From assembly GCA_965204495.1 (NCBI GenBank), contig OZ241989.1:1184312-1248311 (forward strand): a stretch of DNA of 64,000 nucleotides, written 5' to 3'. This document shows positions 36,005 through 45,090 of the stretch, piece after piece; the stretch's first letter is position 1; the number at the start of each line of letters is the position of its first letter. Source of the stretch: Candidatus Hopanoidivoransaceae bacterium. Its GTDB lineage: Bacteria; Actinomycetota; Acidimicrobiia; Acidimicrobiales; Hopanoidiivorantaceae. The position numbers and the translations under genes are program-made. Under the pieces are notes generated by a model, which was not told the DNA's origin, did not search any database, and saw only the letters and a list, made by a program, of their open reading frames with translations.

Positions 36005-37819
36005 ATGACATCAAATGCAGCAGATTCAATGTCTGAGCCGGCAGTGTCTGAGCCGGCTGTGCCGGATTCACTGGCAGTGTCGGACTCACTGTCAGTAGTG
36101 GCGTCGGAGACCGCAATGTCGCCGTCGGAAACCGCTGTCTCATTCGCAGACGAGCTCGACCCGCCCGAACTGGTGCCGGCCAGAATGCTCACGCAGTTTC
36201 TCTACTGCTCAAGGCTGTTCTATCTGGAGTGGGTGAATCAGCAATGGGACGACAATGCCCACACCGCTCAAGGCGAATATGTCCATCGGGCTGTGGACAG
36301 GATAGGCGGTGCCGCGCCGGCAGCAGACGATGACAATCCGTTTTTGGAGGCGAGGTCTCTGAAGCTGTCGTCTGAGAAGCTCGGTCTGGTGGCTGTGGTC
36401 GACTTGGTGGAAGGCAAAGGCGGCGAAGTTCATCCTGTGGATTACAAGAAAGCCAAACTGCCCGGCGATTTGGCATTGCAAACCTGGGAGTCGCACAGGG
36501 CGCAGCTTTGCGTGGCAGGGTTGCTGCTGCGAGAGGCAGGCTATGTGTGCACCAGCGGCAGCATCTACTATGCCGGCAGCAAGCGCAGGGTGGAGGTGCA
36601 TTTTGACGACGAGCTGGTAGACCAGACGATGTCGGCTCTGGAGGAACTGCGCGAAACGGCCACTCTGCCCGAAGCCCCGCCTCCGTTGGTGGACAGCCCC
36701 AAATGCCCCGACTGCTCGCTGGTGGGGATATGCCTGCCTGATGAAGTCAATCTTTTGGCAGAGATTTCCAAGCATCCGCCTCGCCGCTTGGTGCCTCGCG
36801 ATCCTCAGTCTCGCCCTGTTTATGTGGCTGAGCAGGGGGCGAGAGTGGGCAAGGCCAAAGGTCGGCTGCAAATCAAAAAAGACAGGGAAGTCATCCAAGA
36901 GGTGCGCTTGCTGGATGTCTCGCAGCTTTGTCTCTATGGCAATGTGCAGGTGTCTTCGCAGTGCGTTCGCGAGCTTTTGGGCAGGGATGTGCCGATCTGC
37001 TGGTTCAGCTTCGGCGGATGGTTCGCTGGCATGGCAACGGGTTTGCCTGCCAAGCATGTGGAGCTGCGGCGGCGACAGGTTGGCCGTTCTAGCGTGGGCA
37101 GAATGGACATCTCCAAAGCCATCGTGCGCTCCAAGATTTTGAACTCCCGCACTTTGCTGCGCAGAAATTTCAAAGGGGGCGATGAAGCTGTGCACCAGCG
37201 GACGCTGGCATCGCTCAAATATCTTGGGAAGGTGGCGGGCAGGGCTTCTACGGTCGCTGAGCTCATGGGCGTTGAGGGCGCGGCCGCACGGGATTATTTC
37301 CAAGCTTTCAACTCTATGCTCCGTGAAGAGCACGGCTTGCCCGGGCGTCCGTTTTCGTTTGAGGGGCGCAATCGCCGTCCGCCGTTGGATCCGATCAACT
37401 GTCTTTTGTCTTATTGCTATTCGCTGCTGACTAAGGAGTTGACGGTCGTGGCTCATGCTGTGGGGTTTGACCCTTACATCGGCTTTTTCCATAAGCCTCG
37501 GTTCGGGCGGCCTGCTCTGGCTTTGGATTTGGCCGAGGAGTTTCGCCCGTTGGTGGCGGATTCTGTTGTGATCACTTTGATCAACAATGACGAAATCAGA
37601 GCTTCGGATTTCGTGGTTCGCTCGGAAGGGGTTGCGCTCACCGATGCAGGCAAGAAGAAAGTCTTGGGGGCTTACGAGCGGCGTTTGGATGTGGAAATCA
37701 CCCATCCCGTGTTTGACTACAAGATCACATATCGCCGTGTTTTCGAGCTTCAAGCCCGTCTGCTGGCTGCCACGCTTTTGGACGAAGTGGCGGAATACAC
37801 GCCGTTTGCGACTCGGTGA
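36005..37819 (+). CDS. cas1: Cas4-Cas1 fusion protein (type I-G adaptation)
   Basis: N-terminal Cas4 features: LYCSRLFYLEW, DYKK, CPDCSLVGIC. The C-terminal ~330 aa is Cas1-like: VYVAEQGARVGKAKGRLQIKK...EGAAARDYF...NCLLSYCYSLL. Confidence 0.85.
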   Translation: MTSNAADSMSEPAVSEPAVPDSLAVSDSLSVVASETAMSPSETAVSFADELDPPELVPARMLTQFLYCSRLFYLEWVNQQWDDNAHTAQGEYVHRAVDRIGGAAPAADDDNPFLEARSLKLSSEKLGLVAVVDLVEGKGGEVHPVDYKKAKLPGDLALQTWESHRAQLCVAGLLLREAGYVCTSGSIYYAGSKRRVEVHFDDELVDQTMSALEELRETATLPEAPPPLVDSPKCPDCSLVGICLPDEVNLLAEISKHPPRRLVPRDPQSRPVYVAEQGARVGKAKGRLQIKKDREVIQEVRLLDVSQLCLYGNVQVSSQCVRELLGRDVPICWFSFGGWFAGMATGLPAKHVELRRRQVGRSSVGRMDISKAIVRSKILNSRTLLRRNFKGGDEAVHQRTLASLKYLGKVAGRASTVAELMGVEGAAARDYFQAFNSMLREEHGLPGRPFSFEGRNRRPPLDPINCLLSYCYSLLTKELTVVAHAVGFDPYIGFFHKPRFGRPALALDLAEEFRPLVADSVVITLINNDEIRASDFVVRSEGVALTDAGKKKVLGAYERRLDVEITHPVFDYKITYRRVFELQARLLAATLLDEVAEYTPFATR

Positions 37820-37942
37820 GACTGTCAATGAAACCCAGCTACTGCTTTAAAAGTCTGAACCGAGAACACGCGTCATTTTCAACTAGTGAAACTGTCAACT
37901 AGGTAAAACTGCCAACCCGATGAAATTCTCAATCCGCTAGCA
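37820..37942 (+). repeat. Five copies of a ~17-nt CTGTCAAC...GAAA-type unit between cas4/cas1 and the binding-protein gene
   Basis: GACTGTCAATGAAA (right after the cas4/1 stop), TTTTCAACTAGTGAAA, CTGTCAACTAGGTAAAA, CTGCCAACCCGATGAAA and TTCTCAATCCGCTAGCA. Confidence 0.6.
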
Positions 37943-37944
37943 TT

Positions 37945-39204
37945 ATGTTGATGAAATTCGTTATTTGTAAATCACTTGCTGCAGGCATAGCAATCCTGTC
38001 TGCTCTGTCGCTTTTTGCGGCTGCTTGCGGAGGCGATGATGGCAATGGCGGAGACGCGGATGCCGTGTCTGGCAGTGTCTTGAAGCTCGGCTACATCCTG
38101 CCTCAAACCGGCAGCTTGGCTTATTTGACAGATGCTATGGAAAACGGTGCGGCATTGGCAGTGGAGGAAGTCAATCGGGAGGGTATTCAAGAGATAGAGA
38201 TGGTAGCCGGCGACTCTGGCACCAATGCCGATGTAGCCAACAACACGGCCGACAGCCATATTGCCGAGGGCGTGCAGGGCATTGTCGGTGCGGGGGCATC
38301 GGCTGTTTCATTGGCAATCATCGACAAAATCACCGGCGTGGGGCTTCCGATGATCTCGCCGTCTAACACCTCTCCAGCTTTCACCGCCTATGACGACAGC
38401 GAGCTTTATTTCCGCACAATCGCTTCGGATGTGCTGCAAAGCAGGGTGATCGCCGACCTTATCGCCGAGGACGGCGCACGCCGAGTGGCCATCATGTATC
38501 GTGCCGATGCCTACGGAAAGGCTTTGGCTGACGCTTCCGAGCAAGGTCTTATCGCCAACGGCGTGGAATCCGCAGGCAAGTTCGCTTTGGATCCCGAAGG
38601 CAGCACCTTCACATCTGAGGTGCAGGAGGTTGCGGCATCGGGGGCCGATGCTGTGATTTTGATTGCGTTTCGCGAAGGCGGGCGGATCATCGCCGAGATG
38701 ATTGAGGCTGAAATCGGGCCAGGCGACATCGCTCTGTATGTGACGGCTGGTTTGGCTGTAGCCGATCTATGGGAGTTGGTCAATCCAGAAGATCGTTCGG
38801 CGGTGCAGGGAATACGAGGGACGCGCACCGGCGAGAGCGAGTCGGCTGAGCGGACTTTCAGAGATCGCTTTGCGGAATTCGCGCCTGGCGTGGATGATGC
38901 TTATGCTCCCGAAGCCTACGATGCGGTGGTGATCTATGCCTTGGCTGCTTTGGCGGCGGGAAGCAATCAGGCATCGGATTTTGCGTCTGAAATCAATGGC
39001 GTGACTCGTGGGGGCACAAAGTGCTCGCTGTATGCAGATTGCGCCGAGCTGGTGATGGCGGGTGAAGACATTGATTACGAAGGCGCGGCTGGTTCGCTGG
39101 ATTTCGTGGATGCCGGCGAGCCGAGCGTAGCGACTTTTGACATTTTGGAGTTTGATGCCGAGGGTGAAATCGTGGTGCTTTCGTCTAGGACGCTTCGGGG
39201 TTAG
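37945..39204 (+). CDS. ABC transporter substrate-binding lipoprotein (Liv/PBP1 type) located between cas4/cas1 and cas2
   Basis: Lipobox LFAAAC. LKLGYILPQTGSLAYL...GIVGAGASAVSLAI resembles branched-chain amino acid binding proteins. Confidence 0.75.
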   Translation: MLMKFVICKSLAAGIAILSALSLFAAACGGDDGNGGDADAVSGSVLKLGYILPQTGSLAYLTDAMENGAALAVEEVNREGIQEIEMVAGDSGTNADVANNTADSHIAEGVQGIVGAGASAVSLAIIDKITGVGLPMISPSNTSPAFTAYDDSELYFRTIASDVLQSRVIADLIAEDGARRVAIMYRADAYGKALADASEQGLIANGVESAGKFALDPEGSTFTSEVQEVAASGADAVILIAFREGGRIIAEMIEAEIGPGDIALYVTAGLAVADLWELVNPEDRSAVQGIRGTRTGESESAERTFRDRFAEFAPGVDDAYAPEAYDAVVIYALAALAAGSNQASDFASEINGVTRGGTKCSLYADCAELVMAGEDIDYEGAAGSLDFVDAGEPSVATFDILEFDAEGEIVVLSSRTLRG

Positions 39205-39226
39205 GATGCTTCGGGGTTAGGACGCG
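39186..39226 (+). repeat. 16-nt unit TAGGAYGCTTCGGGGT x2.5 spanning the stop codon of the binding-protein gene
   Basis: TAGGACGCTTCGGGGT (coding) TAGGATGCTTCGGGGT TAGGACGCG. The true stop TAG is at 39202-39204. Confidence 0.85.
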
Positions 39227-39389
39227 CGGCTGATTCCTGTGTTTCGTGTTTCTGTGGCATGGTCTTGGCAGCTGGTTGGGAAATTCAGTCTTGATGAACT
39301 TCACGCTTGTTCGCAGCACTCTTTCTGGTGTCTCGCCGGGTTTGAAAGTCTGATTGGCAAGCCTGTGCGGTTCTGAGTGAGGGAGATAT

Positions 39390-39686
39390 ATGAGTCGGAA
39401 TACCTATCTGGTCGCCTACGACATTTGCGGCGATGAAAAGCGTTTGCGGAAAATCCACCAATGCATGTGCGGGTATGGCTACTCTCTGCAATACTCGGTG
39501 TTCTTGTGCTCGCTGGATCAGGTTGAGCTGATCGACCTGAAGATGGATGTGAGCGAAATCATGAACCACAGAGACGACAGCGTAATGATCGTGTCACTAG
39601 GCCCCTCAGAAACGGCGGTGGAAAGTCATTTTGAATTCATGGGAGTCACCCCACCGAAATTTGACGAGGGAGCGGTCATCGTCTAG
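39390..39686 (+). CDS. cas2: Cas2
   Basis: 98 aa, YLVAYDICGDEKRLRKIHQCMCGYGYSLQYSVFLC. GAGGGA RBS. Immediately upstream of the leader and array. Confidence 0.85.
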   Translation: MSRNTYLVAYDICGDEKRLRKIHQCMCGYGYSLQYSVFLCSLDQVELIDLKMDVSEIMNHRDDSVMIVSLGPSETAVESHFEFMGVTPPKFDEGAVIV

Positions 39687-39968
39687 TTGGTTGCGCTGGT
39701 GGCGGTTGTCCGAGCATCTACAGCAGACAAAAAGATTCGCAGTCGATTCTGAAATAGCAAAGATATTTCTTGAGGGGGATGGGGGGTTCGAGGGGTTCCT
39801 GCGAGAGGTCGTGTGGCAACACCATCCCCAGCCACCTCTCGTGCCCTGCTACAATAACCCCAAAGAGGGGCATCCGAACCTTGGCAATCTATTCCCCAAA
39901 CAAAAAATCCCCACCCACTCGCAATCGGCCAATTCTCCCCAAGCCAATTGCGCCCAACAAAGTGAGTG
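39687..39968 (+). promoter_or_regulatory. CRISPR leader with candidate extended -10 TGCTACAAT at 39847-39855
   Basis: Non-coding stretch between cas2 and the first repeat. TGCTACAAT lies ~113 nt before repeat 1. The ORFs listed here are repeat or leader artefacts. Confidence 0.55.
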
Positions 39969-42363
39969 CTATCGGGGGGCAGTCCGCCCCCCCTTCATTG
40001 AAGCTGAGAAACTACATGATGAGCTTCGGGGAGGCTTATCTATCGGGGGGCAGTCCGCCCCCCCTTCATTGAAGCAGACCGCCTGATTACTTGCATCGTC
40101 ATTCTGAACCCCCTATCGGGGGGCAGTCCGCCCCCCCTTCATTGAAGCTCGCCGTGGTCTGTCGTCTCTACATGGACTGGCACTCTATCGGGGGGCAGTC
40201 CGCCCCCCCTTCATTGAAGCGCTTGACAATATGCGAACGCTGGAGGCGCACATCCTATCGGGGGGCAGTCCGCCCCCCCTTCATTGAAGCCACTCGGTTG
40301 AGAGATGAGACTGGTGCGGAGGCTTTCTATCGGGGGGCAGTCCGCCCCCCCTTCATTGAAGCTCAGCCATACAAACAGCCTAGCAGATAAGTTCCCTCTA
40401 TCGGGGGGCAGTCCGCCCCCCCTTCATTGAAGCCGCATGTCTTGGGCTGGTCGTTGATGACCCTGATTGCTATCGGGGGGCAGTCCGCCCCCCCTTCATT
40501 GAAGCAGGAACACGCCGAGCGCAGTAGCAGCGATGAAGCCCCTATCGGGGGGCAGTCCGCCCCCCCTTCATTGAAGCGAAGAATATGAGATGAGGTCTCT
40601 GCTGGATGGCTCCCTATCGGGGGGCAGTCCGCCCCCCCTTCATTGAAGCCGCTCTTGCGCTGTGCGCATCAGCGAGTTGAGCGTGCTATCGGGGGGCAGT
40701 CCGCCCCCCCTTCATTGAAGCAGCGGCATCTACACCACCAGCCAAGCCAAACCCTGCTATCGGGGGGCAGTCCGCCCCCCCTTCATTGAAGCTAGCTGGC
40801 AGCTATCAGCCTGCCCGCAACCTTCTGCTATCGGGGGGCAGTCCGCCCCCCCTTCATTGAAGCCTGGCAGAGCAAGGAGTTGCCAGACATGCATGCTGCT
40901 ATCGGGGGGCAGTCCGCCCCCCCTTCATTGAAGCGGCAGCGATGGCTGACGGCATCGCCTGCCTCGGCAGCTATCGGGGGGCAGTCCGCCCCCCCTTCAT
41001 TGAAGCTCGTGGATTGCTGATCCTATTGTTGCTAGCACGAGCTATCGGGGGGCAGTCCGCCCCCCCTTCATTGAAGCATTCAGTGTCGGCACAGAAAAAG
41101 TCGCAAGTTCGGCTATCGGGGGGCAGTCCGCCCCCCCTTCATTGAAGCTCTGGTGAAGAAGCCAGCGATACCACCATCTTCAACTATCGGGGGGCAGTCC
41201 GCCCCCCCTTCATTGAAGCCGCAGCGTCTTCTTCACTTGAGCGTCCGATAGGTATCTATCGGGGGGCAGTCCGCCCCCCCTTCATTGAAGCGGCTGGGGA
41301 CACCTCCACAGCGCAACAGCCTCTATCTATCGGGGGGCAGTCCGCCCCCCCTTCATTGAAGCATCAGGACACCTTTGCCATTGCCTCCATCGCCGTCTAT
41401 CGGGGGGCAGTCCGCCCCCCCTTCATTGAAGCAAGACCCTGAGAGTTTTGAATCTGAGAGGTTTTTACTATCGGGGGGCAGTCCGCCCCCCCTTCATTGA
41501 AGCTTATCAGGCAGGCTTCACGGGGCAGCTAGCCCCGTCTATCGGGGGGCAGTCCGCCCCCCCTTCATTGAAGCAGAGTGAAACAAGCTAGTTCCATTTT
41601 GGCACGAAAACTATCGGGGGGCAGTCCGCCCCCCCTTCATTGAAGCGGACTTGTTAAATGCGGATGATGAGCTTGTGGCGGCCTATCGGGGGGCAGTCCG
41701 CCCCCCCTTCATTGAAGCTGGCGGTCTCTCATCCCGCCGCAAGCCATAAACGAACTATCGGGGGGCAGTCCGCCCCCCCTTCATTGAAGTCTGCGCCTTT
41801 GTAGCCTGTGCCTGCCACGACAGACCTATCGGGGGGCAGTCCGCCCCCCCTTCATTGAAGTGATATTGTGTCATTCTCAGTCTCGTGTTTGTGGTGGCTA
41901 TCGGGGGGCAGTCCGCCCCCCCTTCATTGAAGTTCTACCAGTTCTGAGGTTATTTTGGTGACGGCTGACTATCGGGGGGCAGTCCGCCCCCCCTTCATTG
42001 AAGTTTGGCAATACTTTGAGGCTCTGCCCGCTCAGGTGGACTATCGGGGGGCAGTCCGCCCCCCCTTCATTGAAGTGCCTATCTGGGTAGCGTTCGTATG
42101 AGTCACCTGCGCCTATCGGGGGGCAGTCCGCCCCCCCTTCATTGAAGTGCAGTCCACGCGATCACTCCAATAGTGATTCCTATGCTATCGGGGGGCAGTC
42201 CGCCCCCCCTTCATTGAAGTGCTTCACACGCACTAGCAGCCTACGCCCGACTCACCTATCGGGGGGCAGTCCGCCCCCCCTTCATTGAAGTTATTCCATC
42301 TCCACCTGATACAAAAGCCCAGAGCGCCTATCGGGGGGCAGTCCGCCCCCCCTTCATTGAAGC
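39969..42363 (+). CRISPR. CRISPR array: 34 repeats of 36 nt and 33 spacers of 34-37 nt
   Basis: The repeat is CTATCGGGGGGCAGTCCGCCCCCCCTTCATTGAAGC. It contains a 7-bp stem GGGGGGC/GCCCCCC with a 5-nt loop, followed by an 11-nt tail ending ATTGAAGC. I located every repeat start by hand from 39969 to 42328. Repeats 26-33 end in T instead of C. Confidence 0.97.
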
Positions 42364-42391
42364 GGGGGGTAGGCGATTTTTGGCTGGTGTT

Positions 42392-44062
42392 TTAGAAATC
42401 TAGGTCTGGGGCGGGTTCTAGTTGTCCTGCTGACAGGGGGGTTTCTGCTTCGCTTTCTGTGAGGAACACCACGTCGCCGTCTATGAATTGTGGTCGTAGG
42501 GGGTCTTTTCTGTGATACAAATTGCAGGGCTCTAGCACTCTGTAATTTTTGCCCTTGGTCACACCGCCTCTCAAAATCATCTCTTGGACTGATTGAGCGT
42601 TCACAGCCAGCAAGAAAACAGCCAATGGCAATTCACCGATGCCTAGAGGGTGATGTTCGGGGCGAACCACAGGGCTGCGTGGTGTCACCATGTATGAGTT
42701 TCCCCTGAATTTTTCTTTCTCTTCTACAAGTTTTTTTAATCCCTTCAGATGATGATCCTTTGAGTTTCCTACTTCAAACGCCAAGGGATCCTCTGTCTCT
42801 CCGCCGAAAATGAAATCTACCTCATATGTTTCTCTTAGGCGCCAATATTCCAGAGTCATCCAACTGTTCTCTGCCAGCTCTTTTAATGCCGCTCCCGCCG
42901 CATTTTCCAGCACATGGCCTTTCTTTGGGAGATCTTCCAGCCCTGATGTCCCCATTCTCCTAACGGCCGAAGGAACGGCTGGGTCAAAGAAGCAGTATTT
43001 CTGGTTGCCAGCCTTCCGCATCGGTGCGTCGGAATAGGCGTCTAGTCGGAAGAGAATGTTCGCATTCTCCAAATGGGAGAGATATGTGCTTGTTGTTTTT
43101 CCCTGAGCTTCGCCCAGCTGTTTGCCAATCTTGGCAACTGTGGTCTGCTTGCCGAGCAGACCCGCGACAGAATGCATTACGGCCTCAAGAGTTTTCCGAT
43201 CTCTGACATCATGGAAGGCAACTATGTCTTTGTCAACCGCCCTGCCTACTACCTCTTTGAGGTATCCATGATCCCGTCTGACCGCTGCTCTGAGGCTCGG
43301 GTTATGCGTGGAATGGTCATATCCAGTGATGCACACGGGGTATCCGCCTGTGATGAGGTATCTGTCCAGAGCAGTCGCTACCTGCTCGGGAACGGGCGAG
43401 ACCTGCGGGATTGATTGAAGCCGTGCTCGCAAAGATGGATATCCTGTTCTGCACCATTTTGGAATGATGCTGGCATCGCCGAAAACAAATTCGCACCATT
43501 CCATGAAATTGCAAGCCATCAAGCGATATTCTGCCCAGCGGTCTGGGCCGCTTTCTGGTTTGCGCTTGTCGTTATTGGCAAGGATCATCCCAGAACTGGA
43601 AGACGCTAAAACTCTGATGGGTCTGTTTTGAGCGAGAAGATTTTTTAGCCACAGGTCCCAGTCGTCGCTTGCTCCTATCTCGTCCAAGAACAGAAAAATC
43701 GGCTCATCGATGCTGGCATCGGGGCACAGCAGCAACAAGGCATCTGCTATCGCCCCTAGATTTTCCATCTGAAGCTCCGGGTGATCCAGTTCCACGAAAA
43801 AGATGCGCTCTCTGGGTATTCCCTTGTCTAGCAAGCTGTCAATAGACTGCCAAAGCAGCGTGGTTTTGCCAGACCTGCGGGGGCCCAGCACAAGATGGTA
43901 GCATCGCGGGTCGTCTCGGATGAGGGTGTCGGGCAGAACTCGCATCATGTGCCTGTGCTTGGGCAGGGATTTCTCCGTCAGCTCGGACGAGTCTGTTTTC
44001 CACCCGTTCTGATCCTCGAGTATTTCTTGGAAGCGGGGTATGTCTATGTATTGAAATGCCAT
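42392..44062 (-). CDS. AAA+ ATPase of the COG1373 type (AAA_14 plus DUF4143-like), second copy
   Basis: Walker A GPRRSGKTT and Walker B FLFLDEIGASDDW. The track start is 44098; ATG 44062 (MAFQYIDI) has GGAGG 7 nt upstream. AT-richer than the array and the cas4/1 region. Confidence 0.75.
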   Translation of the reverse strand: MAFQYIDIPRFQEILEDQNGWKTDSSELTEKSLPKHRHMMRVLPDTLIRDDPRCYHLVLGPRRSGKTTLLWQSIDSLLDKGIPRERIFFVELDHPELQMENLGAIADALLLLCPDASIDEPIFLFLDEIGASDDWDLWLKNLLAQNRPIRVLASSSSGMILANNDKRKPESGPDRWAEYRLMACNFMEWCEFVFGDASIIPKWCRTGYPSLRARLQSIPQVSPVPEQVATALDRYLITGGYPVCITGYDHSTHNPSLRAAVRRDHGYLKEVVGRAVDKDIVAFHDVRDRKTLEAVMHSVAGLLGKQTTVAKIGKQLGEAQGKTTSTYLSHLENANILFRLDAYSDAPMRKAGNQKYCFFDPAVPSAVRRMGTSGLEDLPKKGHVLENAAGAALKELAENSWMTLEYWRLRETYEVDFIFGGETEDPLAFEVGNSKDHHLKGLKKLVEEKEKFRGNSYMVTPRSPVVRPEHHPLGIGELPLAVFLLAVNAQSVQEMILRGGVTKGKNYRVLEPCNLYHRKDPLRPQFIDGDVVFLTESEAETPLSAGQLEPAPDLDF

Positions 44063-44411
44063 CGTTCTACCTCCGTTATCTGAATTATGTATCTGCATTA
44101 TACATGTTTTTCAGTTATATGACAACCTATTTTGTTGATGATTTTGCCATATATTGGAGATTGATAGCATTTTCTAGGATTTTAAGGCTTATAGAACTGG
44201 AAATCTTGGAATATCTAGAATATAGATATCCAAATTCCAAGAAGCTAGATTTGTCCATCACAGACGGAATTAGCTTGCCTAATTCGCTTCTGCTATGTTT
44301 GTGCCGGCGCAGGCGAGTGAAGTGGTCGGCGTGTCAGTGATTGTGCCGTATGTGACCTGCCGAGAGCACGGCATCGATTATCTCTGCGGTTAGTGCTTTC
44401 ACCGCGCCGGC

Positions 44412-44447
44412 TTTCGGGGGGCGGTCCGCCTACCTTAATTTGAAGCT
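44412..44447 (+). repeat. Degenerate CRISPR repeat (28/36 identical to the array repeat)
   Basis: CTTTCGGGGGGCGGTCCGCCTACCTTAATTTGAAGC versus CTATCGGGGGGCAGTCCGCCCCCCCTTCATTGAAGC. A weaker repeat-like stretch begins 72 nt later (~44484-44523). Confidence 0.75.
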
Positions 44448-44495
44448 GGTTTGGCTGCTACTACCGCAGGGCTACTGGATCTGTTTCTGGGGTAG

Positions 44496-44729
44496 TCAAC
44501 TGCTCCCTTCCCCAATTTGGCCTTCCACTTGGTCATTGAGCAGATCCATTTTGGATTTGACTTCGTGGTTCCAGCAAGAGTAGCGCCTCATTCTGAGCGT
44601 GATTGTCTCTTCGGAGCGATCAGGGTCTGGTTTAACGCAATCAATTTCCGACGTGACAAACATGATGCTCAAGATGACGATGAGTAGGAAAAGGATGGTG
44701 GATGAAATGCTTACAACGAGTTTGAACAT
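44496..44729 (-). CDS. Small membrane protein (77 aa), hypothetical
   Basis: N-terminal hydrophobic helix MFKLVVSISSTILFLLIVILSIMFV, with AAGAAAGG upstream. Its 3' end overlaps repeat-like sequence, so it is uncertain. Confidence 0.35.
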   Translation of the reverse strand: MFKLVVSISSTILFLLIVILSIMFVTSEIDCVKPDPDRSEETITLRMRRYSCWNHEVKSKMDLLNDQVEGQIGEGSS

Positions 44730-44863
44730 GATAGTGCCTTTCTTGTGATGGTTGGATTAGGGGATCTTGGTGTTTGTCGAAGTGTTGTCGCACCCGCTGC
44801 GGTCAATCCGCTAATTGCGGTGCGACTTCTTTGCCCATGAACAATGGCTGCCAACATGTCGGG

Positions 44864-44991
44864 GCGGTGATGGTGATGTGTCGCAACCCACCTTGTTTCT
44901 CGAGCGGGCCGCAGGTGCAGTCGGCTACTGGTGCTGCGCGGTGATGGCGATGTGTCGCTACCTACCCTTCGGGGGGGGGGGCGATTTGAAG
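44864..44991 (+). repeat. ~32-nt direct repeat pair (period 74) ending in a G11 tract plus GATTTGAAGT (CRISPR-repeat-like 3' end)
   Basis: GCGGTGATGGTGATGTGTCGCAACCCACCTT at 44864 and GCGGTGATGGCGATGTGTCGCTACCTACCCTT at 44938, followed by C-G11-CGATTTGAAGT. CTTAAATTGAAGC occurs at ~45058-45070. Confidence 0.6.
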
Positions 44992-45090
44992 TGACAAGGC
45001 GGGATTAGTTTGGATTAATTCATTCTAGTTAATTTTGGGAGGGTTCGTCAAGCTTGTCTTAAATTGAAGCCAGATGGTTTGCGCTGAGAA

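Noticed and set aside
36209-37828. 539-aa minus-strand ORF covering almost the whole cas4/cas1 gene. Similar long antisense ORFs are 9814..10743, 24694..25632, 27077..27742, 28798..29556 and 61940..62821.
   Set aside because: They are antisense to genes with clear motifs and have Arg/His/Pro-rich composition without motifs. This is the expected shadow-ORF behaviour at this GC content.
39631-41145. ORFs 39631..40086, 39770..40072, 40091..40390 and 40942..41145, which contain recurring GGQSAPPSLK / YRGAVRPPFIEA peptides
   Set aside because: The recurring peptides are translations of the CRISPR repeat in different frames, so these are artefacts of the array and leader.
39969-42363. Self-targeting: whether any of the 33 spacers matches another part of this window (ATPase cassettes, lipoprotein genes, or the 35-36-nt inserts at 8914, 9399 and 9504)
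   Set aside because: I found no match by eye. A manual scan is not exhaustive, so this is unresolved rather than excluded. A BLASTN-short of all spacers against the genome would settle it.
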